Shown: piece after piece, positions 46,082 through 54,718 of the stretch
Layout: each line of letters starts with the position of its first letter
Numbering within the stretch: position 1 is the first letter of the stretch
Assembly (NCBI GenBank): GCA_050692915.1
Contig: JBOGVU010000002.1
Location: 1,631 to 65,630 of the forward strand
Direction of reading: 5' to 3'
Length of the DNA: 64,000 bases
Source of the DNA: Actinomycetota bacterium
GTDB taxonomy: Bacteria > Actinomycetota > UBA4738 > CALAEC01
Program-made: the position numbers and the translations under genes
The notes under the pieces: model-generated
Database searches by the model: none
What the model was told of the DNA's origin: nothing
The model's input: only the letters and a program-made list of their open reading frames with translations

Positions 46082-47284
46082 ATGAAAGACACAACTACCT
46101 GGTTCCGACGAGGCCTCGGCCGCCGCCGCGTGCCTCCGATCGCAGCCGGCCTCTGGTTAAGTCTTCTTCTGGTCGCGTGCCTCCGACCAGGAGCGGCCGG
46201 CCCCGCAGGCCCATCGGGCACGACCCTCGAGGCACGGATCGACGCGGTGGCGCCGCTCGGTCTCGAGGAGGGCCCGTACTCGGGGATCTCCGTGGCCGTC
46301 GCTCGTGGTGATCGGATCGTGTTCGCCAAGGGGTACGGCCTCGCCGATCTCTCCGCCGGGGTCCCGGCGGAGGCCGACACGGTCTACCGCATCGGGTCCA
46401 TCTCGAAGCCCTTCCTCGCGGCGGCCATGGTGCGGCTCGCCGAGCGGGGGCGGCTCTCGCTCGACGATTCGGTCGCCACCCTGCTCCCGGACTTGCCGAT
46501 CGATCCGCGCATCACAGTGCGGCAGTTGCTGTCGCATACGTCGGGGCTCGCGAATCTGGGCCGGATGCCGGGGTTCGATGCGAGCCAGGGGATCGGGATG
46601 ACGAAGGACGAGGTGGTGCGGTGGATCGCCACCCAGCCGCTCGAGTATGAGCCGGGGACTGAGTGGTCATACAGCAACTCGGGCTACCTGATCGGGGGCC
46701 TCGTGTTGGAGGAAGTCACCGGGGCCCCGGTCAAGTACATGACCGAGGAGATCCTCAGCAATGCTGGGCTCGATCGCACCACCTACTGCCTCGCCAACGA
46801 AAGTCCGCCTGACACTCGCGGATACGACGTCGTGGGCGAGGGCTGGGACCGCGTGCTTCGGCTGGGCCGTCCACCGGCTTTCGTGAGCGCACCCCCAGCC
46901 AACATGTCGCTGCTCGGGACGGTGGGCCCCACCTGCTCGACGGTTACGGATCTGGTTCACTGGCTCGCCGCGTTGCGCGAGGGCGAGGTGGTCTCGGAGC
47001 GCTCCTACGAGATGATGTCGGAGTCCATCGAGCTACCCAACGGCGAAAGCGTCCCCTACGGGATCGGGCTGCAGCTCCGAGAGGACTTTGGCCACCGTTC
47101 GATCGGTCACAGCGGCCTGATCAACGGGTTCGTGAGCCTGGTGCGGTACTTCCCCGAGGCAGACGTCACCATCGCATTTCTGGCGAACACCTCTCCGCCG
47201 AATCCGCCTGAGCGGTTGTGGGAGGAGCTCGTACGCGCCGTCTTCGTCGAAGATGCACCGGACACGGAGGGAGGAAACTCATGA
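46082..47284 (+). CDS. Serine hydrolase, beta-lactamase/D-Ala-D-Ala peptidase family
   Basis: GSISK (SxxK), LLSHTSG, YSNSGY, GHSG. Confidence 0.9.
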   Translation: MKDTTTWFRRGLGRRRVPPIAAGLWLSLLLVACLRPGAAGPAGPSGTTLEARIDAVAPLGLEEGPYSGISVAVARGDRIVFAKGYGLADLSAGVPAEADTVYRIGSISKPFLAAAMVRLAERGRLSLDDSVATLLPDLPIDPRITVRQLLSHTSGLANLGRMPGFDASQGIGMTKDEVVRWIATQPLEYEPGTEWSYSNSGYLIGGLVLEEVTGAPVKYMTEEILSNAGLDRTTYCLANESPPDTRGYDVVGEGWDRVLRLGRPPAFVSAPPANMSLLGTVGPTCSTVTDLVHWLAALREGEVVSERSYEMMSESIELPNGESVPYGIGLQLREDFGHRSIGHSGLINGFVSLVRYFPEADVTIAFLANTSPPNPPERLWEELVRAVFVEDAPDTEGGNS

Positions 47285-47892
47285 TCGATCGGATAGGGCA
47301 AGGGTCCCCCGCTAGGCTCTCGCTGGCGGCGTCGGGAACCATCCTGCTCGCGCTGGCCGGCTCGTTGGTGGTCGATGTGCTCTGGCTGGCACTGCTGCCC
47401 GCGGCGGCCCTGTTGTTCCTCGCAGTGGGCGCCATCCATGCCGCCCAGGAGGGGCGCGATGGACGGGTCGGCGCGCTGGGCGCTGCAATGGTCCGCACCG
47501 GATGCGTCGCCCTGGTGGCGACGGCGATAGCCGGTCTCGTGGTGGTGGCGGTCCGCGGGGTGGAGCCCGAATGGCTCTCCGTCGCGGCGCTCGCTTCGGG
47601 GGCGATCCTGGTGGCAGGGGTGTTCGCCTTTGGGATGGCCCTGGTGGCCACCCGTACGGCGCCTCGGGCCGCAGCCGTTCTGTTCGCCACGGCCATCCCG
47701 CTCGGTGTCGCGATCGACTTCCTCCCGAACCTCGCGGTCCCGTTCCCGCTGTTCTTCACGGGAGCGGGGGTCTACATCGGTCTGGGGCTACTCGCGCTGT
47801 CGATCATTCGCCTGGGAAGGGCGGCGCCCTGGTCAAGAGGCATCGGCGACGACGTGCCGAACCCGGTGGCCGTCGCGGCGCCGGCGCTATGA
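47281..47892 (+). CDS. Multi-pass membrane protein
   Basis: About six hydrophobic helices; ATGA coupling to the hydrolase. Confidence 0.7.
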   Translation: MIDRIGQGSPARLSLAASGTILLALAGSLVVDVLWLALLPAAALLFLAVGAIHAAQEGRDGRVGALGAAMVRTGCVALVATAIAGLVVVAVRGVEPEWLSVAALASGAILVAGVFAFGMALVATRTAPRAAAVLFATAIPLGVAIDFLPNLAVPFPLFFTGAGVYIGLGLLALSIIRLGRAAPWSRGIGDDVPNPVAVAAPAL

Positions 47893-47898
47893 GGCCTT

Positions 47899-48120
47899 AT
47901 GATGCGGCGGGGCGCACGGGAGGGGGGGATCATCACGGTCCGTCCCCGGGGCGTTCCGGTCGAAGGCATCACCGAGGCGGAGGGTCGATACGTGTACAAG
48001 CAGGAGCGATGCAGGAGGTGCGGCTCCCCTGTCCAGACCTGGGAGCTCGCCGGACGCATCGCCTACGCCTGCCCACGGGACCAGCCGCCGACATCGGGGG
48101 CCGTCACCGGGAGCGGCTAA
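47899..48120 (+). pseudogene. C-terminal zinc-finger fragment of an Fpg/Nei-type DNA glycosylase
   Basis: YVYKQERCRRCG..LAGRIAYACP. Confidence 0.55.
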
Positions 48121-48558
48121 ACCGGCCAGAAGCACGGGAGGTTGTCCGGAACGTCGGGGAATGAGCGCCGATACCAGTCGGGAGTTCTTACGCAGCAAGG
48201 CCGACTGGTGGGACTGGTGGAGGCGAGGGTCCCCCAGCCACGGAGGCAGCCGGCCGGACGCCGCGAGCTCGTGCTGGGCGCTAACCGAGCGATCCACCGA
48301 GTATTCAAGCAGCTTCTCCTTGACGGTGTCCGCGTAGCCGCTCGCCGTCCATCGGTCGCAGATGGCCACCCCGTAGCAGATGAGGGCGTCCTCGTGTCCA
48401 CGCCACATCCGGACGGCCGGGTGGTGCTGCCATCCGTAGGTGGGGATGCGGCACACACGAAGGATGGCCAGCGCCTCGGACCGCTGGTTCCCGAGCCGCT
48501 TCGGGTCCAGGACCCGAGCGGTCTCACCGAAGTCCGGATACGGAAGGAACGTCTGCAC
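48117..48558 (-). pseudogene. MSMEG_6728-family (pyrimidine-dimer glycosylase-like) gene with a frameshift near 48184
   Basis: MQTFLPYPDF..LD.KRLGNQR.E..HPAVRMW; the tail YRRSFPDVPDNLP.FWPV is in another frame. Confidence 0.75.
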
Positions 48559-48717
48559 CGGTCGCTCCTCGCCGGCTGGTCACCCCCGGTCGTTACCCAC
48601 CCCCGTCGAGCGCCCCATCGCGAGCGGCGGGTGAAAATCTGCCGCCCCGAACGATTGGGGCCGCCTGAAACGGGGCACAAGAGGGGGCGCAGGCAGTCGA
48701 GTACGAAGGAGGCGGCC

Positions 48718-49278
48718 ATGGCCGGGAGGAACAGCTTCGCGCGGACGCTCCACGACCTCGGGCTGGGGATCTGGTTCGGGGGCTCGCTGATGGGGGCGGT
48801 GGGCCTGAACGCCGCCGCGAAGCAGGCATCCGAGCCCACGGAGCGGCTCGAGGTTGCGAACGCCGGGTGGGCTCGGTGGACACCGGTCAACGCCGCGGGG
48901 ATCGCCGCCTATCTGCTCGGGGGGGCCGTGCTGATGTGGGCGAACAAGGGCCGGCTGGCCGGGCAGGCCGGGGTCGGCAGGGCCACCGCCGGGAAGAACC
49001 TCCTCTCGCTGCTGGCCCTTGGGGCTACCGCGTACTCACGCGTGCTGGGCCAGCGGCTGATGGAGTACGAGAAGGTGCCGGTCGAGGACGGGACCACCTC
49101 GACCCACGAGACCCCGCCCGAGGTTCGCGGCATCCAGCAGCAGCTCAAGCTCCTCCAGTACGCGATCCCCGCCCACGTCGGGGGGCTGATCGCCATCAGC
49201 GCGGTCATGGGGGAGCAGCAGCGGCCGACCGAGGTCGCGCGCGGGGTGCTCCGCCGGTTCCTCCGTTCGGCCGCCTGA
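48718..49278 (+). CDS. Conserved actinobacterial membrane protein
   Basis: AAGGAGG RBS; LHDLGLGIWFGGSLMGAVGLN. Confidence 0.75.
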   Translation: MAGRNSFARTLHDLGLGIWFGGSLMGAVGLNAAAKQASEPTERLEVANAGWARWTPVNAAGIAAYLLGGAVLMWANKGRLAGQAGVGRATAGKNLLSLLALGATAYSRVLGQRLMEYEKVPVEDGTTSTHETPPEVRGIQQQLKLLQYAIPAHVGGLIAISAVMGEQQRPTEVARGVLRRFLRSAA

Positions 49279-49432
49279 GCGTTGCCGCGTACGTGGCGAA
49301 CATGCCGCTTGCAGTCTTCGTAGCCCGCTCGAAAAGTCTTGCGATCGCATGAGTTCACCAGTCCTCGCAGGAGGACAGCGGCCGAAGCCAAAGTCCCGGA
49401 GAGAGCGCTAAAGGGCGCACGGAGTCTACCGA

Positions 49433-50653
49433 CTATGTACTGTCCGCTGCGAGGCGCCTGGCAGCGAGCAGCGTGATGTCGTCCCGTGGAGGCGTGTTCC
49501 CAACGAGTCGAAACATGACCCGACGGCATACCACGTCGGGGCTCTCGGTGGTCACGATCCGGCACACCTGTTTCAGCCGGTCGGTAGTCGCCTCGCCTCG
49601 TCGCTCGATGAGACCGTCGGTGTAGAGCACCAACATGGCTCCAGGGGGGAAGTGAAAACCCGTTGTTGGGCGTTTCAGGTCTTTGGCCACGCCCAGAGGT
49701 GGCCCGGGTTCCAGCTCCAGGGGTTGGGCCTCTCCGTCGGGCGGGGCCAGTATGGGAGGAGGGTGTCCCGCGGAGCAGACGAGCAACTCATCTGAGGAGG
49801 GCGAGACGACGACGCATACGACGGTCGCCAACTCGTCCGGGTCAAAGTACTGGAACACGCCGTCCGTCGAGTGCAAGACCTCGTCCGGCCCCGCGCCGCC
49901 GAAGGCATTGACACGGATCGTCGTGCGCAGTCGGCTCATCACGACTGCGGAGCGCAATCCGTGCCCGGCGACGTCGCCGACGCTCATCCAAACGTCGCCG
50001 GATGGCAGCTGAAAGACGTCGTACCAGTCGCCCCCGACACCTCTCTCTTGGGCGGGGGTCACATAGCGAGCCGCGAACTCGAGGCGGGGCACCCGTGGTA
50101 TGGCGCTCGGCACGAGGCTCCGCTCCAAGATCTGGGATGCGGCCCGCTCGGTAGCGAGCATCGCCGTTTGATAGGCAAGGGCCACGCGTTCGGCCACGAC
50201 GCCGAGCAGATCGGTGTCCTCCAGGGTGAAGGGACGCTCGCTCAGCCTCCCGACGTGGAGCACGCCGAGGAGCGAGCCCGCGCTCAACAGCGGAACCCCC
50301 AACATCGATCGTATGCCCTTCTCCCACAAGATGGGATTCGCGACGGTCCCGGGGTTGACGTTGTCCAGCATGACCGGGCGTTGCGTGGAGGCGATCCGTC
50401 CGGCGAAGCCATGCCCGATCGGCACGTGGACGTTCTGATAGATCTCTTCCTCAAGCCCACTGGCCGCCCGGGCCACCAGCATCTGGGACTCCGAGTCGAG
50501 GATCAGGATGGCCGCGGTATCAGCATCCAGGATCTCGCGTACCCGGTTGAGCAGCTCGGAGAGCAGGTCGTCGAGCCCGAGGCCCGCCAGAGACGAGTCC
50601 GTCAGGGAGCGGAACCCCTCCCACCACTCCTTGGAGTCCTCAGGCGGGTCCAT
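49433..50653 (-). CDS. GAF + PP2C/SpoIIE phosphatase
   Basis: GAF (GFAGRIA..MLGVPL); VGGDWYD, GDVAGHG, YTDGL, DDITLL. Confidence 0.92.
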   Translation of the reverse strand: MDPPEDSKEWWEGFRSLTDSSLAGLGLDDLLSELLNRVREILDADTAAILILDSESQMLVARAASGLEEEIYQNVHVPIGHGFAGRIASTQRPVMLDNVNPGTVANPILWEKGIRSMLGVPLLSAGSLLGVLHVGRLSERPFTLEDTDLLGVVAERVALAYQTAMLATERAASQILERSLVPSAIPRVPRLEFAARYVTPAQERGVGGDWYDVFQLPSGDVWMSVGDVAGHGLRSAVVMSRLRTTIRVNAFGGAGPDEVLHSTDGVFQYFDPDELATVVCVVVSPSSDELLVCSAGHPPPILAPPDGEAQPLELEPGPPLGVAKDLKRPTTGFHFPPGAMLVLYTDGLIERRGEATTDRLKQVCRIVTTESPDVVCRRVMFRLVGNTPPRDDITLLAARRLAADST

Positions 50654-50835
50654 GGCTAGCTCCCATCCACGTCGAACGGCAAGCGGAGCGAGCGAGTGCG
50701 ATGGGTGACCGGGATCTGGCCACCGCAGCCGCCTGACTCGATCCTCACGCCCAGGCCCTTCTGGATTGGCCCCGAGGCTCCCTTAACCCCGAGCCCGAAA
50801 ATTAGCCGCCTTGCCCTGCCGCCGCAAGGGCCTCC

Positions 50836-51627
50836 TTGCCAATGGAGCGAGAGGACGACTCGGCGCCCGCGCCGGAGCGGAGACGAGGACAGGAACTTCG
50901 TCCAGCGCGTCAGCGGGACGTCGCGGCACCCTCGGTTCCTCGAACCACGAGCTCGGCCTGGCGGCCGACCTCGGGTACCCGTCCATCAGCGCCGAGCGTC
51001 TGGCGCACCGAGACGCGGCGGATCGACCGGCTGCCACTGGGCACGGTGGCCGCCATCGAGTTCGCCGGGCCCATCGTGCTGGCCGCCATCGGTGTGCGCA
51101 GCCTCCGCAACCTCGCCGCCCTGGCGCTGGCGCTCCTCGGCGTGGCCGCTCTCGCTGAGGTCAGCTTCATCGGATCCCCACTCGGGTTCGGCTTCGCCAT
51201 CATCAACATGCTCCTGTTCACCGGGTACATCATCGTCGCCCATCGCGTATCGAGGCACCGCGACCTCGCAGGCATCAACGGCCTGGGGGCCGCCATGCTG
51301 ATCGCCGCCGTGTTCGCCCCGCCTATCGGCATCATCGATGCGTGGCCCGCCTTCGGAGACCCGGTCGCCCTGGGAGCAGCCATGGGGGTCGGGACCACCT
51401 CGTCGGTCATCCCGTACGTGTTCGACCAGCTCGCCATGCGACGACTGGCCCGATCGACCTACGCCCTCATGGTCGCGCTCTTACCGGCCACCGCGGCGGT
51501 GATCGGGATCCTCTTGCTGGCCCAGATCCCCACCCTTACGGGGCTGCTCGGGGTTGGGCTTGTGATCGTGGCGGTCGTCGTCCACCGCGAGCGCGATCCA
51601 ACCCCCGCCCCGAGTGCGGCCGACTGA
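50836..51627 (+). pseudogene. EamA/RhtA-like transporter lacking its normal N-terminus
   Basis: IDRLPLGTVAAIEFAGP, SSVIPYVFDQLAM, ALLPATA; the first ~55 aa are non-hydrophobic. Confidence 0.6.
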
Positions 51628-51637
51628 GACTGTGTGG

Positions 51638-51689
51638 TGAGATTCCGGGTGTGGGGCGCGAGATGAGATTCCGGGTGTGGGGCGCGAGA
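51638..51689 (+). repeat. Perfect 26-bp tandem duplication
   Basis: TGAGATTCCGGGTGTGGGGCGCGAGA x2. Confidence 0.95.
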
Positions 51690-51700
51690 GAGGAGGGACG

Positions 51701-52090
51701 ATGGTTCTCGCTGGGGAGCTTCGCTTCTGTTTCATCATGGACGACTACGAAGCGGCCGCTCACCTGTACCGGGATGTCTTCGGACTCGAGGTGCTCATGG
51801 ATCTTGATGAGCAGGGGGGAAGGGGTGTCATCCTGAAGGTCCCGGAGGCAACCCTGGAGCTGGTGGACGCGGACCACGGTGGGATGGTCGACGAGGTGGA
51901 GGTCGGACGCCGCCTCGGGGAGCGGGTTCGGATCGCCGTCCAGGTCGACGATCTCGAGACAGCCAGTCGGACGGTGCTCGAAACCGGGGCCGCGGCCATG
52001 GCCGCCGCGGTCCAGACTCCCTGGGGGGATCACAACCAGCGGTTCAGGGCAAAGGATGGCACGCAGCTCACGCTATTCCAGTCGCCCTAA
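51701..52090 (+). CDS. VOC/glyoxalase family protein
   Basis: GAGG RBS; YRDVFGL, VQTPWG..RFRAKDG.QLTLFQ. Confidence 0.85.
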   Translation: MVLAGELRFCFIMDDYEAAAHLYRDVFGLEVLMDLDEQGGRGVILKVPEATLELVDADHGGMVDEVEVGRRLGERVRIAVQVDDLETASRTVLETGAAAMAAAVQTPWGDHNQRFRAKDGTQLTLFQSP

Positions 52091-52116
52091 GAGCCTTCGG
52101 AGCCTTGCTTCCGAAA

Positions 52117-52341
52117 GGGTGTCTGGCTCATGTGATCGGACACGATCTTAGAGGACCCTTTCCTCCCCTGTGATCAGGGGACGTACTCAGCCGACCTGGA
52201 AACGCAGGACTCATAACCCAGAGGTCGCTGGTTCAAATCCAGCCCGCGCAACGAGGAAAACAGCGGGTCAGAGGGCTAAACGGCGGCTCCTCCGGTTGAG
52301 GGGGCCGCCAACCTTTTGCCCAACTTTTGCCCAAGTTGCCC
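52117..52341 (+). repeat. att junction 7: right-end module, core 52210-52252, hairpin 52282-52309, CTTTTGCCCAA x2 plus a partial third copy
   Basis: Perfect core; right end closest to junction 1 (GTGTCTGGCTCA.GTGATCGGACACGATCT). Confidence 0.92.
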
Positions 52342-52598
52342 CCAGATCGCATGCGCGTGGAGCTTCAGCTACCCGGCTATCCACGATGGCGGGTGGCTTG
52401 CCTCGCATGACCCGGGCCGCCGACGCCATCGGTCCCGGGTCCCCACCCAGGTTCTGAGGTCCGGCAGACGCAGCGGCTCATCGAATTTGATGCCGACAGC
52501 TTCGAGATCCCGCCCGGGCGAGCGCACTCGCCCGTCCGCGGCCGATAAAGGACCGCCCTGGGTTTGACCCCCTTCCCGGGGCTTGATACACCCTTGCC

Positions 52599-53144
52599 GT
52601 GGCCTCCGATGCTGCCCCGGCCGCCCGTCGGCCCCATCCGTCGGTGTTCGGCATGGTGTTGTTCCTGGCCTCGGAGCTCATGTTCTTCGGTGGGCTGTTC
52701 GCCGCATACTTCACGCTCCGGACCGCGACGTCCCCCTGGCCGCCCCCAGGCGTGGAGCTCGACCTTCCACTGACCGTGGCGGCTACCGCGCTGCTCGCCC
52801 TGTCGAGCCTCTCGATGTATGCAGGGATCGACCGCGTCCGCGGCGGCGACTTCGGTCGGGCCCGCGTGTGGCTGGGCGTGACGTTCGCGCTGGGCGCCGC
52901 GTTCCTGGCGATCAAGGCTTACGAGCTGGCCACGGCGGGGTTCGGAGTCGGCTCGCACGCGTACGGCTCGCTGTTCTTCACGATGCTGGGGGCGCACGGC
53001 CTCCACCTCCTGGTGGGGATGGCGCTCCTGATCGTGGTGGCGGCCAGGACGACCGAGCCCCGTACGGAGGCGGTGGGGGCGTACTGGCACTTTGTGGACG
53101 TCGTGTGGCTGGCGATCTTCGGCACCGTCTACCTGATCCGATGA
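52599..53144 (+). CDS. ctaE: Cytochrome c oxidase subunit III
   Basis: LFLASELMFFGGLFAAY, GAHGLH, YWHFVDVVW. Confidence 0.92.
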   Translation: MASDAAPAARRPHPSVFGMVLFLASELMFFGGLFAAYFTLRTATSPWPPPGVELDLPLTVAATALLALSSLSMYAGIDRVRGGDFGRARVWLGVTFALGAAFLAIKAYELATAGFGVGSHAYGSLFFTMLGAHGLHLLVGMALLIVVAARTTEPRTEAVGAYWHFVDVVWLAIFGTVYLIR

Positions 53145-53881
53145 GACGGTTGGCCGCTCTGGCAATGTTGGCGATGGCGCCCACCGCGGCGATCCAGCTG
53201 CTGGGTCAGGCCCCGCCCCCGGTCGCGGCGCAGGTGGACGACCAGGTCGTCCGGGGGCTGGAGCTCTACGTTGTCGGGTGCGCCACGTGCCATGGGGTCG
53301 AGGGACAGGGGACCGGACAGGGCCCGCCGCTCGTCGGGGTCGGTGCCGCGTCCGTTGACTTCATGCTGTCCACCGGCCGGATGCCCCTCTCGGCCCCGGC
53401 CGACCAGCCCGTCCGCCGCCCCTCCGAGTACTCGCCCGAGGAGGTCGAGGCCATCGTGGCCTACGTCGGCTCGCTCGGCCCCGGGGGACCCGCTATCCCC
53501 GCAGTGACCCCGGCCGAGGGTGACCTGGTGCGGGGACGGAGCCTCTACTCGGCGAACTGCCTCGCGTGCCACGGGGCGGGAGGCCAGGGCGCCTCGGTCG
53601 GCGGCGGCGCAGTCGCTCCCGCGCTCGACCGGGCGACCCCGGTCGAGATCGCCGAGGCGGCCCGGATCGGCCCCGGTGTGATGCCCCCGTTCACGGAGGA
53701 GCAGCTCCCTGAGGCGGACCTGAGCTCCGTGGCCCGCTACCTCCTGTACCTGAGGACGGCCGGCGACCCGGGCGGGCTGGGCCTCGGTCACGTCGGGCCC
53801 GTGGTGGAGGGCCTGATCGGCTGGCTCCTGGGCCTGGGGATCCTGCTCCTGGTGGTCCGGCTGACGGGGACGGCCCGATGA
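53141..53881 (+). CDS. qcrC: Diheme cytochrome c subunit of the cytochrome bcc complex
   Basis: CATCH and CLACH; GPPLVGVGAASVDFMLSTGRMP. Confidence 0.92.
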   Translation: MRRLAALAMLAMAPTAAIQLLGQAPPPVAAQVDDQVVRGLELYVVGCATCHGVEGQGTGQGPPLVGVGAASVDFMLSTGRMPLSAPADQPVRRPSEYSPEEVEAIVAYVGSLGPGGPAIPAVTPAEGDLVRGRSLYSANCLACHGAGGQGASVGGGAVAPALDRATPVEIAEAARIGPGVMPPFTEEQLPEADLSSVARYLLYLRTAGDPGGLGLGHVGPVVEGLIGWLLGLGILLLVVRLTGTAR

Positions 53882-54714
53882 GGCGGCCCGAGGCGCCGGC
53901 CGCGGTGGCGCTGGCCCTGTCGGCGTCGGCCGGGCTGGGGCTGGCCGCCGTCTACGTGCTGGGCGGCCAGCCCCAGGTGGAGGGGGCGCTCCTGGGCGTG
54001 GCGCTGGGGGGCCTAGGGGCCGGCCTGATCCTGTGGGGGAAGCGCCTGCTCCCGCCGGAGCAGGTGGTCGACGAGAGGATCCGCCCGTCGTCCCCGGAGG
54101 AGCGCCGGGCGGCGGGGGAGGCGTACGGCTACGGCGAGGCCGAGCTCGGGCGGCGCTGGTTCCTGTCCCGGCTCCTGCTCGCCGCGTTGGGCGCCCTCGG
54201 CCTGGCGGCTCTCTTCCCGATCCGTTCGCTGGGTCCCAGGCCGGGCCGGTCGCTGTTCGCCACCTCGTGGCGGCGCGGGGTGCGCCTCGTGAACGAGGGC
54301 GGGGTGCCCATGCGGATCGACGATCTGCAGCCAGGCTCGATCGTCACCGTGTACCCCGAGCGAGCGGTGGGGTCCGCCGACGCGCAGACCGTGTTGATCC
54401 GGGTCGATCCGGCGCGGCTGGAGCTTCCCCCGGACCGGCTGGCGGGCGCGCCGCAGGGGAACGTGGCCTACTCGAAGGTGTGCACGCACGCGGGGTGCCC
54501 CGTGGGCCTGTACCAGGCCCAGACTCACCTGCTGGTGTGCCCGTGCCACCAGTCGACGTTCGACGTGCTTCGCGGGGCCGAGCCCGTGTTCGGCCCGGCG
54601 GCCCGGCCGCTGCCCCAGCTCCCGCTCGAGGTTGATGAGGACGGGTTCCTCCGGGCCGCCGGGGGCTTCCCCGAACCGGTGGGCCCCGGGTTCTGGGACC
54701 GGCCCGGCGGGTGA
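53878..54714 (+). CDS. qcrA: Rieske Fe-S subunit of the cytochrome bcc complex
   Basis: YSKVCTHAGCP, CPCHQSTFD, GPAARPLPQL. Confidence 0.95.
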   Translation: MRRPEAPAAVALALSASAGLGLAAVYVLGGQPQVEGALLGVALGGLGAGLILWGKRLLPPEQVVDERIRPSSPEERRAAGEAYGYGEAELGRRWFLSRLLLAALGALGLAALFPIRSLGPRPGRSLFATSWRRGVRLVNEGGVPMRIDDLQPGSIVTVYPERAVGSADAQTVLIRVDPARLELPPDRLAGAPQGNVAYSKVCTHAGCPVGLYQAQTHLLVCPCHQSTFDVLRGAEPVFGPAARPLPQLPLEVDEDGFLRAAGGFPEPVGPGFWDRPGG

Positions 54715-54718
54715 GGAG

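Larger units (their letters stand above)
43905..52209. mobile_element. Segment 7: integrase-less cassette (two-component system, serine hydrolase, mixed cargo)
   Basis: Bounded by cores at 43862 and 52210. Confidence 0.72.

Noticed and set aside
9248-52252. CRISPR array or multiple tRNA genes as the explanation for the 43-bp repeats
   Set aside because: Spacing is kilobases and no cas genes are present. The copies lack the acceptor 5' strand and D-arm, so they cannot fold as tRNAs.
9146-52341. Classical integron (attC cassettes, IntI)
   Set aside because: The junctions are tRNA-derived cores with arm repeats, not imperfect palindromic attC sites. The cassettes are multi-gene and carry promoters.
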